From positions 42,350 through 106,349 of the IMG/VR virus record IMGVR_UViG_3300028615_000137: a DNA stretch of 64,000 bases. The stretch is one strand, 5' to 3'. This stretch comes from a virus. The notes below the pieces were generated by a model. The model saw only the letters and a list, made by a program, of their open reading frames with translations, made no database searches and had not been told where the DNA came from. Shown here piece after piece: positions 56,586-63,892 of this stretch. Each line of letters opens with the position of its first letter. Position 1 is the stretch's first letter. A program made the translations under genes and the position numbers.

Positions 56586-56688
56586 TCAATTGGACCATTA
56601 TTGGCATGATTATTGATATTATCTAATAACTACGGCAACAGAAGTAGATCGCGCGCGTAGCTATTTTTGTGCCAAGTTGTTTTGTGGT

Positions 56689-56716
56689 TTGCCCTAAGCT
56701 CAATCGATGCTAGCCT
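56689..56716 (+). promoter_or_regulatory. early-type promoter
   Basis: TTGCCC-16nt(..TGC)-TAGCCT. Confidence 0.55.
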
Positions 56717-56722
56717 TGGAAT

Positions 56723-56908
56723 ATGAAGAGCTATTCACCAAAAGTCGATCATTGGATTTATGAACTGGGTTGCATTGACAACATGGGGAAAAAGGAAATT
56801 ATTGAATTTGCGCTGGCATTGCTCGATCAATCCGGCGTGAAGCGTTCAACAATGTTGGAAATTGTCGAAAGTCTGGAATTGTGGGAACATATTTCGCTAA
56901 AGGAATAG
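56723..56908 (+). CDS. hypothetical early protein
   Basis: ATG 6 nt after the -10 box. Confidence 0.5.
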   Translation: MKSYSPKVDHWIYELGCIDNMGKKEIIEFALALLDQSGVKRSTMLEIVESLELWEHISLKE

Positions 56909-56915
56909 TAAGAAA

Positions 56916-57098
56916 ATGGCATACAGGCAGAAAAAGAATAAAGATACCGGATTCACTAACACTACATGTAATCTTTGTGGAGTAGAAGCACACACAAAGG
57001 CGGGAAAAGAGCATCGACGTTGCGGCGGCTCGGAAGGGGCGGAGATTCGCCCGAAACACGACAAGCTATCGCCTTCAAAGCGTGGTAAATGGTCGTAG
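56916..57098 (+). CDS. small basic Zn-finger protein
   Basis: 'CNLCG...HRRCG', AAGGA RBS. Confidence 0.6.
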   Translation: MAYRQKKNKDTGFTNTTCNLCGVEAHTKAGKEHRRCGGSEGAEIRPKHDKLSPSKRGKWS

Positions 57099-57119
57099 TT
57101 TGTAAAGAAAGGTAAGAAA

Positions 57120-57386
57120 ATGTCGGGAAAAAACGCCACAGAACTACATTGGATCGAAGTGGATTCTACCAGCGTACATAGCTATACTTGGTGTCCTGAA
57201 ATGTCCGAAAACCCTATTGTGGGCACACTTTTGACACGTTTCAAGCATAATCTTGCACTTGTCTACATGTATTGTAATGTGCCACAAAGTGTATACGAAG
57301 GGTTGAAGTCTGCCGAAAGTGTAGGTAAATACCTACATAAGGAAGTGAAAAGTAAGGATTTCGCCTGCTACAAGTTGGAAGTGTGA
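57120..57386 (+). CDS. KTSC domain protein
   Basis: 'VDSTSV...L..RF...VY.Y.NVP.SVY.GL.SAES.GKYL...VK'. Confidence 0.9.
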   Translation: MSGKNATELHWIEVDSTSVHSYTWCPEMSENPIVGTLLTRFKHNLALVYMYCNVPQSVYEGLKSAESVGKYLHKEVKSKDFACYKLEV

Positions 57387-57486
57387 TTATGTATACATGT
57401 ATAATCGAAGTCATTATTTTGGCCACATTGCTCGCATGGGCTAAACGCCTGTTCACGTAAGATTTTACTTATCTTGTCTTACCTTT

Positions 57487-57519
57487 GTCCCCCATATGCT
57501 ACATGCGGGGGACTTTTTT
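57487..57519 (+). terminator. rho-independent terminator
   Basis: GTCCCCC...GGGGGAC followed by TTTTTT. Confidence 0.8.
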
Positions 57520-57532
57520 GTTCATTTTCTAC

Positions 57533-57560
57533 TGGCACCGTGCTACGAATAAGCTAAGCT
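57533..57560 (+). promoter_or_regulatory. early-type promoter
   Basis: TGGCAC-16nt-TAAGCT immediately after the terminator. Confidence 0.5.
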
Positions 57561-57568
57561 ATAGAGAT

Positions 57569-57808
57569 ATGTACAGGGATATCGTCGGGACGGTCATTCA
57601 GAAGGGTTCAAACGTCGATCTAACGGTCGTTCGATCTGTTTGTGGGCTCAAGGTACGGGGATTCATTCCGAGCGATATGGTGGAGCTTGCTACGGGCGAT
57701 AAGGTTGTGTTAGAGGCAACGTTGTATCATGATGTATTCCAGAAGGTACAAAACGGCTACATCCTAAAGAAAGGTAAGACAAATGCACATCCTAGACCAC
57801 AAAGATGA
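57569..57808 (+). CDS. small OB-fold-like protein
   Basis: 'IVGTVI...KVRGFIPS...GDKVVLEATL' resembles the C-terminus of 62248-63123. Confidence 0.5.
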   Translation: MYRDIVGTVIQKGSNVDLTVVRSVCGLKVRGFIPSDMVELATGDKVVLEATLYHDVFQKVQNGYILKKGKTNAHPRPQR

Positions 57809-58370
57809 ACTTGTACGATATAAGGACTGGGCACCTACACAATTTGATTGTCCTGGTTTAGGCCTGGAAGATCTGCAAAACTGGTATGTAGCGCCAGTTG
57901 TGCAAACTCGGGATTCTGGGCACCTAGAGCGAAGCAATTTCGAAGTTGCGTTACATTCGCTCGAAATGATTGACGAAAATGTGGAAGTCTATAGGTTCGG
58001 GCATTGGGGCCCTGGCTGGGTTGAGATTATCATTTGCCCACCCACAGAAGCTATCGAACTGGAACTGTGTGAGATTATGTGTGCTTTGGCCGACTATCCA
58101 ATGTTGGACGATTCGCATTTTTCAGCGCTGGAAAGCGACGCAGCGCTGGAAAATTGGCGAAACTTTGCTTGTACGGATTTTATAAGAAATCTGGACCTAC
58201 ATGAAACTACAAAGGATTTTTTGTATGACATTTATGCTGATGTAATCTGGCGTGAGTTTGAGATCTATTACGAGAGGATATCAGACTCGGATTTTGACTT
58301 TGGAAGTCACCGGAAGCTTGGTAGGGATAGCTTGGCGTTGATCGTCCGCAGGTTGCGAAAAATTGTGTAA
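57783..58370 (+). CDS. hypothetical early protein
   Basis: AAGGT RBS; 'RDSG.LERSNF...FGHW..GWVE...L.DYP.LD'. Confidence 0.7.
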   Translation: MHILDHKDELVRYKDWAPTQFDCPGLGLEDLQNWYVAPVVQTRDSGHLERSNFEVALHSLEMIDENVEVYRFGHWGPGWVEIIICPPTEAIELELCEIMCALADYPMLDDSHFSALESDAALENWRNFACTDFIRNLDLHETTKDFLYDIYADVIWREFEIYYERISDSDFDFGSHRKLGRDSLALIVRRLRKIV

Positions 58371-58375
58371 GTTTT

Positions 58376-58452
58376 GGGCGTATAACTCAGTTGGTAAGAG
58401 TGGCGATCTTATAAGTCGCTGGTCGTAGGTTCAAGTCCTACTACGCCCACCA
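58376..58452 (+). tRNA. tRNA-Ile(TAT)
   Basis: GGGCGTA/TACGCCC acceptor, anticodon arm GCGAT-CT TAT AA-GTCGC, GGTTCAAGTCC, A73-CCA. Confidence 0.9.
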
Positions 58453-58481
58453 ATTTATATAAAGTAAAGAAAGGTAAGAAA

Positions 58482-58706
58482 ATGTGTGAAAAGGAACTAG
58501 AAGTAATGATTACTAAGAAAATGTACGAATTGCTTAGCCGAGGTATTGTCGAGTGCGACGGTCTAGGTAATGTAGACATAGGTGAACTAGTCGAAGTAAC
58601 AGCCGAAGATCTCGGACACGCGGAGTGGATAGACGAGGATTGCCACCCAATATGGGAATGTGCCTATGTTGTAGCATGTGAGTATACATTTGGTGAAGCG
58701 GGATAA
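58482..58706 (+). CDS. hypothetical acidic protein
   Basis: AAAGGTAAG RBS. Confidence 0.6.
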   Translation: MCEKELEVMITKKMYELLSRGIVECDGLGNVDIGELVEVTAEDLGHAEWIDEDCHPIWECAYVVACEYTFGEAG

Positions 58707-58708
58707 AT

Positions 58709-58948
58709 ATGGAAAAAATGATAAGAAATTGGACAGATCATAGTATTTTTATGGGTGTGGCGGAGTATCATTTACCTGAGGGTTGCTTTCGCGTGGAAAA
58801 TATGGATAGTGGGGTATTTCGAGTTTTGAAGAAAATTGGTAGTGCATACGTTCAAGTTGCCTTAGTCCGACTTTCGCGCGACGGGGCGTACAAAAGTGCG
58901 ATGAAAGCATTTCTAGCGGTGGAAGATATGGACGCTCGGGCACAATAG
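58709..58948 (+). CDS. hypothetical protein
   Basis: Contiguous operon. Confidence 0.55.
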   Translation: MEKMIRNWTDHSIFMGVAEYHLPEGCFRVENMDSGVFRVLKKIGSAYVQVALVRLSRDGAYKSAMKAFLAVEDMDARAQ

Positions 58949-59008
58949 CTTGAGCTTGCACAGCGGTCAAAGGCTGCTAGTCTATATGTTGAGGCAAGGG
59001 AGAAAGCA
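58947..59008 (+). promoter_or_regulatory. repeated promoter+RBS cassette, copy 2
   Basis: 62 nt identical to 55165-55226. Confidence 0.85.
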
Positions 59009-59247
59009 TGATTATCAAGAAAAGTAAGTGTAAGCATAGTGGTATGGATGTGTATGATTTCGACGGCACTAAGCGAATTGTACAAAAAGAGGTTACAGAT
59101 ATTCGGGTGTCGGACAAAACCGATGATGCATTGGATATCACTATAGGTAAGATAAATTATTGCGTATATGTAGGCGAGAATCCCACACAAACCATGTATT
59201 CCAAAGCCATACATTGTGCAATGCAATCGGCAGGACTGGAGGACTAA
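59008..59247 (+). CDS. hypothetical protein
   Basis: Uses the cassette RBS. Confidence 0.65.
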   Translation: MIIKKSKCKHSGMDVYDFDGTKRIVQKEVTDIRVSDKTDDALDITIGKINYCVYVGENPTQTMYSKAIHCAMQSAGLED

Positions 59248-59248
59248 A

Positions 59249-59455
59249 ATGGGCAAATATTGGACGAAAAAAGAGGCGGTACGGGTTTTCATGGAAGATG
59301 TGCTTCCCGCCGTTATAGCGCGATACGGGCATGGCGATGGGGCCGCCGTGCGTGAAGCTTGGAATAACACTGTTGATTCGTGGATTGACGGTGGATGTGT
59401 TTCCAAGCGTGCGTATGACTGGACTTTTCCGCGCGAACTAAGCCGCTGGGCGTGA
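59249..59455 (+). CDS. hypothetical protein
   Basis: GGAGG RBS; 'D..A.REAWNN..D'. Confidence 0.6.
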   Translation: MGKYWTKKEAVRVFMEDVLPAVIARYGHGDGAAVREAWNNTVDSWIDGGCVSKRAYDWTFPRELSRWA

Positions 59456-59898
59456 AAGGTATGACAATGGAAGAAAGAACACTAGATGTAGACACATGGG
59501 CGAAAGCCATTGGCTTGAAAGTAGATTCACAATATGTAGGTACCACTAAGAAAGATGGTTGGAAGTGTTTCCACTGGGGTATCAAACTTACAATGAGCGA
59601 AAAGTTATATGTCACCAACTACTACATGGGCAGGGCACATAACAAAAATGGAAACCCTGTAAAGCCGGAACTATCTGACATACTAGAAACTTTGGCAATG
59701 GATTGCATGGCAGGCGAACACCTATTGTTTGAAGATTTCGCCCATGAATATGGATATGACTCCGATTCTAGAAAGGCTGAAAAAATCTGGCGGCAATGCC
59801 AGGAGGCAAGGGGTAAGTTGATGAAGTTTTTCGACGAACATTTCGAAGTGTTCCTTACATGTAGGGACAATGAAGTAAACATAGACGGGAAAGGATAA
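59452..59898 (+). CDS. hypothetical early protein
   Basis: 'Y.MG.AH...P.L.DIL..L..D...FEDFA.EYGYD.DSRKA..IW'. Confidence 0.7.
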   Translation: MKGMTMEERTLDVDTWAKAIGLKVDSQYVGTTKKDGWKCFHWGIKLTMSEKLYVTNYYMGRAHNKNGNPVKPELSDILETLAMDCMAGEHLLFEDFAHEYGYDSDSRKAEKIWRQCQEARGKLMKFFDEHFEVFLTCRDNEVNIDGKG

Positions 59899-60077
59899 GG
59901 TAAGACAATGAATGTAAAGGTAATAGAAGAAAATATTTCCAATATGCGCAAAGATTTGGAAAACATGGAAAATCTCCTAAAGGAAATGAAAGGTGAACAA
60001 AACACAGATGATAGCCTATTACTAGAATGGTGTGGGAAACCATGTGAATAGATAAGCTAGCTGGTGTCGATTAGTGC

Positions 60078-60105
60078 TGGCACTCGGCCAAAACCCTGCT
60101 AGTAT
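60078..60105 (+). promoter_or_regulatory. early-type promoter
   Basis: TGGCAC-16nt(..TGC)-TAGTAT. Confidence 0.6.
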
Positions 60106-60111
60106 ATACAT

Positions 60112-60291
60112 ATGTCAACGATCATTGTAGAAAGTCGCGATTATAGAGTGGAACACAGCACGATCGTCAATCGCGCTGACAAATGGGCGGCTTTCAAAAC
60201 TCCGGCCGCTGATACCATTGAGCTCGAAATCCGCGATTATCTGGCCGGTATTCGAGCAACCGACATCACACACAAAGTAGACTGGGAGTAA
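60112..60291 (+). CDS. small hypothetical protein (59 aa, MSTIIVESRDY...)
   Basis: Read manually; ATG 6 nt after the -10 box. Confidence 0.5.
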   Translation: MSTIIVESRDYRVEHSTIVNRADKWAAFKTPAADTIELEIRDYLAGIRATDITHKVDWE

Positions 60292-60296
60292 GTAAA

Positions 60297-60596
60297 ATGG
60301 ATGATGATGATGTATTGTGGTTATGGTGGGCAAGAACTGAGATTGAAGCTTCGTTCGTACACGTACCTACAGATAACCCCGAATGTCGTATATATATGTG
60401 GCGAAGCATCTATGTAAGGTGGTATCGCGAAAATGGTAAGAATGTATTCGATGCTACGTTCAATAACGGGTTGTGCGCGCAAGGTGCGAGTTATCAGAAT
60501 GCTTTAGACAATTTGTGGGACGCGGTAAGTAAATCGCTTACAAGGATTGAAAACGATGCACGTGAAGGGGTGTGTAGTTTTCAAATCTGGAGATAG
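60297..60596 (+). CDS. hypothetical protein with HicB-like C-terminal motif
   Basis: 'GLCAQGASYQNALDNL'. Confidence 0.5.
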   Translation: MDDDDVLWLWWARTEIEASFVHVPTDNPECRIYMWRSIYVRWYRENGKNVFDATFNNGLCAQGASYQNALDNLWDAVSKSLTRIENDAREGVCSFQIWR

Positions 60597-60614
60597 AGAA
60601 CAAAAGAGGAAATT

Positions 60615-60812
60615 GTGGAAAACGAGAAAATTATAACAATGTTGAAAAATATTCTGGAAGCAGCTAAAGACTATGTAGACACTGACATTGCTGATGCTAC
60701 ACACGTGATAGGTGCGGATACACTAGTCAATGCGACGGTAGGACAATACATAAGAGACATTGTAAGTGGTGATATTGAATTGCGAGATTTTATGTCCACT
60801 GATCTGGAGTAG
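60615..60812 (+). CDS. hypothetical protein
   Basis: GAGGA RBS, GTG start. Confidence 0.55.
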   Translation: MENEKIITMLKNILEAAKDYVDTDIADATHVIGADTLVNATVGQYIRDIVSGDIELRDFMSTDLE

Positions 60813-60819
60813 GAAAATT

Positions 60820-61122
60820 ATGGAAATTATGGAGTGCGTTTTTGGTTACAATACCGTAGAATTTGTGAAAATAGATACAGATACGTATAAGTGGAAAGAT
60901 GTATTACTAGTATGTCATACAGACGGCACAACGCACATGTGGCAGGCACGCGTCGACTTAGGTACTTTGTGCACTTTGTCCACACCCGAGTATCATACTG
61001 CAAATGAAGCTTTGGCGGACTTGTGGGAGCAAGTGCGCGAAATACATAGGGTTACTCTCAGGATCACACGTAGGGTTAGGCCATGGCGGTGTAAGCCTAC
61101 TGACTTCCGAATGGGTGATTAA
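60820..61122 (+). CDS. hypothetical protein
   Basis: AGGA RBS before ATG 60820. Confidence 0.55.
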   Translation: MEIMECVFGYNTVEFVKIDTDTYKWKDVLLVCHTDGTTHMWQARVDLGTLCTLSTPEYHTANEALADLWEQVREIHRVTLRITRRVRPWRCKPTDFRMGD

Positions 61123-61124
61123 CA

Positions 61125-61373
61125 ATGGTTAAATGTGGGATAAAACTTGGAGAGCATGACGTTGTAGTAACCGCATGGGCCGAACACTGTCAAGGTCCAG
61201 GCTGGGCAAATTTTCCAATTTGTGTGCTCATTCGCGATAGGTGGGACGGTAAGCTACGAATCGAGTACATACAACCAGAACACCAGACAAAAGAACTAAA
61301 TATGCTACATCAATTTACCCGTATTCCTACGTCGTATTTGGTGAGAGAAGTAGAAAAAGCGCTAGAAAGGTAA
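61125..61373 (+). CDS. hypothetical protein
   Basis: GGTG RBS; 'AE...GPGWAN.P'. Confidence 0.6.
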   Translation: MVKCGIKLGEHDVVVTAWAEHCQGPGWANFPICVLIRDRWDGKLRIEYIQPEHQTKELNMLHQFTRIPTSYLVREVEKALER

Positions 61374-61381
61374 AGAAGAAT

Positions 61382-61660
61382 ATGGAAACTGAATACATTG
61401 TAAAACATAGTGCGGCATGTATGCCTTCTAGTTGTTGGGGCACATATCGGCGTATAGCGGTGCTGGAAGTAGTCAAGGGTGCAAAGCCTAGGATGATATC
61501 CAACAGAGCGAAAAATGTGGTGAGAGTAGTTCAAACGTGGGAGAAACTAAATTGTGGTAAGACATCCCTTTGCGCGTTTGATCGTGCCCTGCTACATGCT
61601 AAGGAAGTAGCGGCGAAGCTACAGGGCGAGTTGACAGACAAAATCCGTATCGTTGCATAA
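61382..61660 (+). CDS. hypothetical protein
   Basis: AAGGT RBS. Confidence 0.6.
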   Translation: METEYIVKHSAACMPSSCWGTYRRIAVLEVVKGAKPRMISNRAKNVVRVVQTWEKLNCGKTSLCAFDRALLHAKEVAAKLQGELTDKIRIVA

Positions 61661-61661
61661 T

Positions 61662-61720
61662 TCGTTTGCACCATGGATCTATTTTGCTAGTTTATATGTT
61701 GAGGCAAGGGAGAAAACAAA
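61662..61720 (+). promoter_or_regulatory. chimeric promoter+RBS cassette
   Basis: -35 half identical to 62196-62213; -10/RBS half identical to 63857 onward. Confidence 0.75.
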
Positions 61721-62190
61721 ATGGAAAAGAAAATGACTCGACAAGAACTTATCGAAAAGTATGAAAAGGGGGAAAGGGATTTTGAAGGGGTAGATCTCAG
61801 CTATGCGGATCTGGGTTACCTCAATCTCAGAATGCAAATCTTTGGAATGCAGTTCTCAGTTATGCAGATCTCAGGGGTACGAATTTCAGCTGGGCAGATT
61901 TACAAGGTGCAGATCTAGAAGGTGCAAATCTAGAAGGTGCAAATCTAAAGAGTGCAGATCTCAGTTATGCAGATCTCAGTTATGCAGTTCTCAGTTATGC
62001 AGATCTCCGGTGGGCAGTCCTTGAGTGTGGAGAACTCAGATGGGCAAATCTCAAGGGTGCAGATCTCAACTGTGCAAGTCTAAAATGGGCAAACCTCAAC
62101 CGTGCAAAAATTGAAGTCGCAGACCTTGAAGGCGCAAACCTAGAATGCGCAAATCTCAGGGGCACGGATCTTGATAGGTGCCATTCGTAA
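61721..62190 (+). pseudogene. pentapeptide repeat protein 5, frameshifted near 61829
   Basis: N-cap in one frame; A(D/N)Lxx array continues in another frame to TAA 62188-62190; CTCAGAATGCA vs CTCGAGAATGCA in paralog 1. Confidence 0.75.
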
Positions 62191-62199
62191 CTAAATCGT

Positions 62200-62227
62200 T
62201 TGCACCATGGATCCATTCTGCTAATAT
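62200..62227 (+). promoter_or_regulatory. early-type promoter
   Basis: TTGCAC-16nt(..TGC)-TAATAT. Confidence 0.65.
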
Positions 62228-62247
62228 GTACTCGGGAGGTACGAATA

Positions 62248-63123
62248 ATGGGAGCAAGACGAGTAGATATCCACGCACCTAGCACGTTCGATCCTGCCAA
62301 GTATACATATAAACACCTTGTATACTTGGGTACGTCGAAAGATACGGGTGAGTTTGTAACCGACATGAATGCGGATCTGCCCCATTACCTCATTTATCGC
62401 AAAGATAACGGGCACCTTGGCGTACATGGAGGCATTGAAGGCAACTTTTCGCGTAAAGGCACTTGCGATCATTGCGGAGCATGGTTTTTGTACGGCGCAA
62501 TATTCGAGCATGACAACGGCGAGCGAATAGTTGTAGGCAATACTTGTGCGGTGGAAGCCTTTGGCTGTGATTCGAGGGTCGAGTACGATCGTAAGCGGCT
62601 CGTGAGTCGCGTAAAAGCGGGTCGGGAGCGAGCCAAGCTAGAGGCCAAGCGCGAGGCTTTCTTGACTAACAACGAAGGCTTGGCGGATGCTCTGGAGTGC
62701 GAGCACTACATTGTCAGAGACATCCGATATAAGTTCAGCCGTTACGGTGAGTTGAGCCCCAAACAAGTCGCCCTGGTATTCAAGATTTCTAAGGAAACTA
62801 AGGAATTTGAAGAAAAAAAGGAAAAGCAGGAATCAGAACTCAACGATGTAGTAGAGGGTAGGAGAGAACTTACAGGTAAGATTCTGATGGCCAAGTGGTA
62901 TGAAAACGCTTTTGGCATACAATATAAGTGTTTGCTTCTGACTGACGACAATCAGAAACTTTTCGGTACAGTACCAGCCAAGCTAGCTGACGCTGATGTA
63001 GGCAAAGGTGACAAAGTAAAGTTCACTGCTACAGTGAAAGCAAGTGTAGATGATAGTAAGTTTGGGTATTACTCAAGGCCTACAAAAGCAGAAATTCTGG
63101 AGAAAGTAGAAAAAGATGTATAA
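62248..63123 (+). CDS. Zn-finger plus OB-fold protein
   Basis: GGAGGT RBS; 'CDHCG...VG.TC'; C-terminal 'GRRELTGKI...KLFGTVP...GDKV.FTATV...RPTKA'. Confidence 0.7.
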   Translation: MGARRVDIHAPSTFDPAKYTYKHLVYLGTSKDTGEFVTDMNADLPHYLIYRKDNGHLGVHGGIEGNFSRKGTCDHCGAWFLYGAIFEHDNGERIVVGNTCAVEAFGCDSRVEYDRKRLVSRVKAGRERAKLEAKREAFLTNNEGLADALECEHYIVRDIRYKFSRYGELSPKQVALVFKISKETKEFEEKKEKQESELNDVVEGRRELTGKILMAKWYENAFGIQYKCLLLTDDNQKLFGTVPAKLADADVGKGDKVKFTATVKASVDDSKFGYYSRPTKAEILEKVEKDV

Positions 63124-63385
63124 AGATGAAGAAAATGGAACATGGGAAATTCATATCGGCAGTACGCCCAAAGTGTTCGAGCGGAAAGATGGTCCTATGT
63201 GGTCGTGGGAAGGCCCGCAAGGACAGATCATTACAATAAAGGAACTTGAGCGCGGTATGGTCTATGTAACTTACAGAGTCACAGATTATGTAATTCGATA
63301 CACGGGACTCGTGTACGAAGCATTTGCAGAGCTCGAAAAAGAACTGTACAGGCATGTTAAGCGTACACTCGCACCCTTTGTATAG
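63116..63385 (+). CDS. hypothetical protein
   Basis: Overlapping operon gene. Confidence 0.55.
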   Translation: MYKDEENGTWEIHIGSTPKVFERKDGPMWSWEGPQGQIITIKELERGMVYVTYRVTDYVIRYTGLVYEAFAELEKELYRHVKRTLAPFV

Positions 63386-63398
63386 AAAGGTATGAAAA

Positions 63399-63788
63399 AT
63401 GGAAATAGATGTAACGATGTATGTTGATGAAGTCGATTGTGCACTATTTAGTGCATCGGCATTCGAACTGGGTGAGCGTGTGGGGGAGATCACGTGGAAC
63501 AATGCTCTGCAACACGTTTCTATCAATCCGCTAATCAAACCTGAGGATAGAAGTGAGGTAGTAGACTGGTTCGCTAGCTATGGCGCATGGGACCGCGAAG
63601 AAATGTCTAGGTGGTCAGATGCCGATGTCAACGCACTGTTGTTACAGTTCGTGGCTGGAGACGTGCGGGAAATGGAGGAACAATGCGAGTCTTACGAGGA
63701 TTACGAGTTCGCGGCGGAGCGTGGTGAAGTGTCTGGAAGGCTATATCAGTGCCCTGAAGGCAAATGGTATTACTATGTGGGGAATTGA
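63399..63788 (+). CDS. hypothetical acidic early protein
   Basis: AAAGGT RBS; 'SASAFELG...TW.NA...GAW..EE...W'. Confidence 0.65.
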   Translation: MEIDVTMYVDEVDCALFSASAFELGERVGEITWNNALQHVSINPLIKPEDRSEVVDWFASYGAWDREEMSRWSDADVNALLLQFVAGDVREMEEQCESYEDYEFAAERGEVSGRLYQCPEGKWYYYVGN

Positions 63789-63789
63789 G

Positions 63790-63892
63790 TTACACTATAG
63801 GTGTAAACAATTTTTAGACAATTTTCTTAGCTTGAGCTTGCACAGCGGTCAAAGGCTGCTAGTTTATATGTTGAGGCAAGGGAGAAAACAAA
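63790..63892 (+). promoter_or_regulatory. repeated promoter+RBS cassette, copy 3, with upstream palindrome
   Basis: Near-identical to 55126-55227. Confidence 0.85.

Noticed and set aside
56601-56618. Sigma54 promoter (TGGCATGATTATTGA), and the TGGCAC sites at 57533 and 60078
   Set aside because: The -12 GC is missing or mis-spaced; the TGGCAC sites fit the -35/N16/-10 family better
56916-57098. Ribosomal protein (L37e/L32-like) homolog
   Set aside because: Only basic composition and a CxxC..HxxC pattern; too weak without a profile search
61995-62366. Minus-strand 'RFA/RSA' repeat ORF (also 55200-55427, 50236-50439)
   Set aside because: Antisense read-out of the pentapeptide repeats
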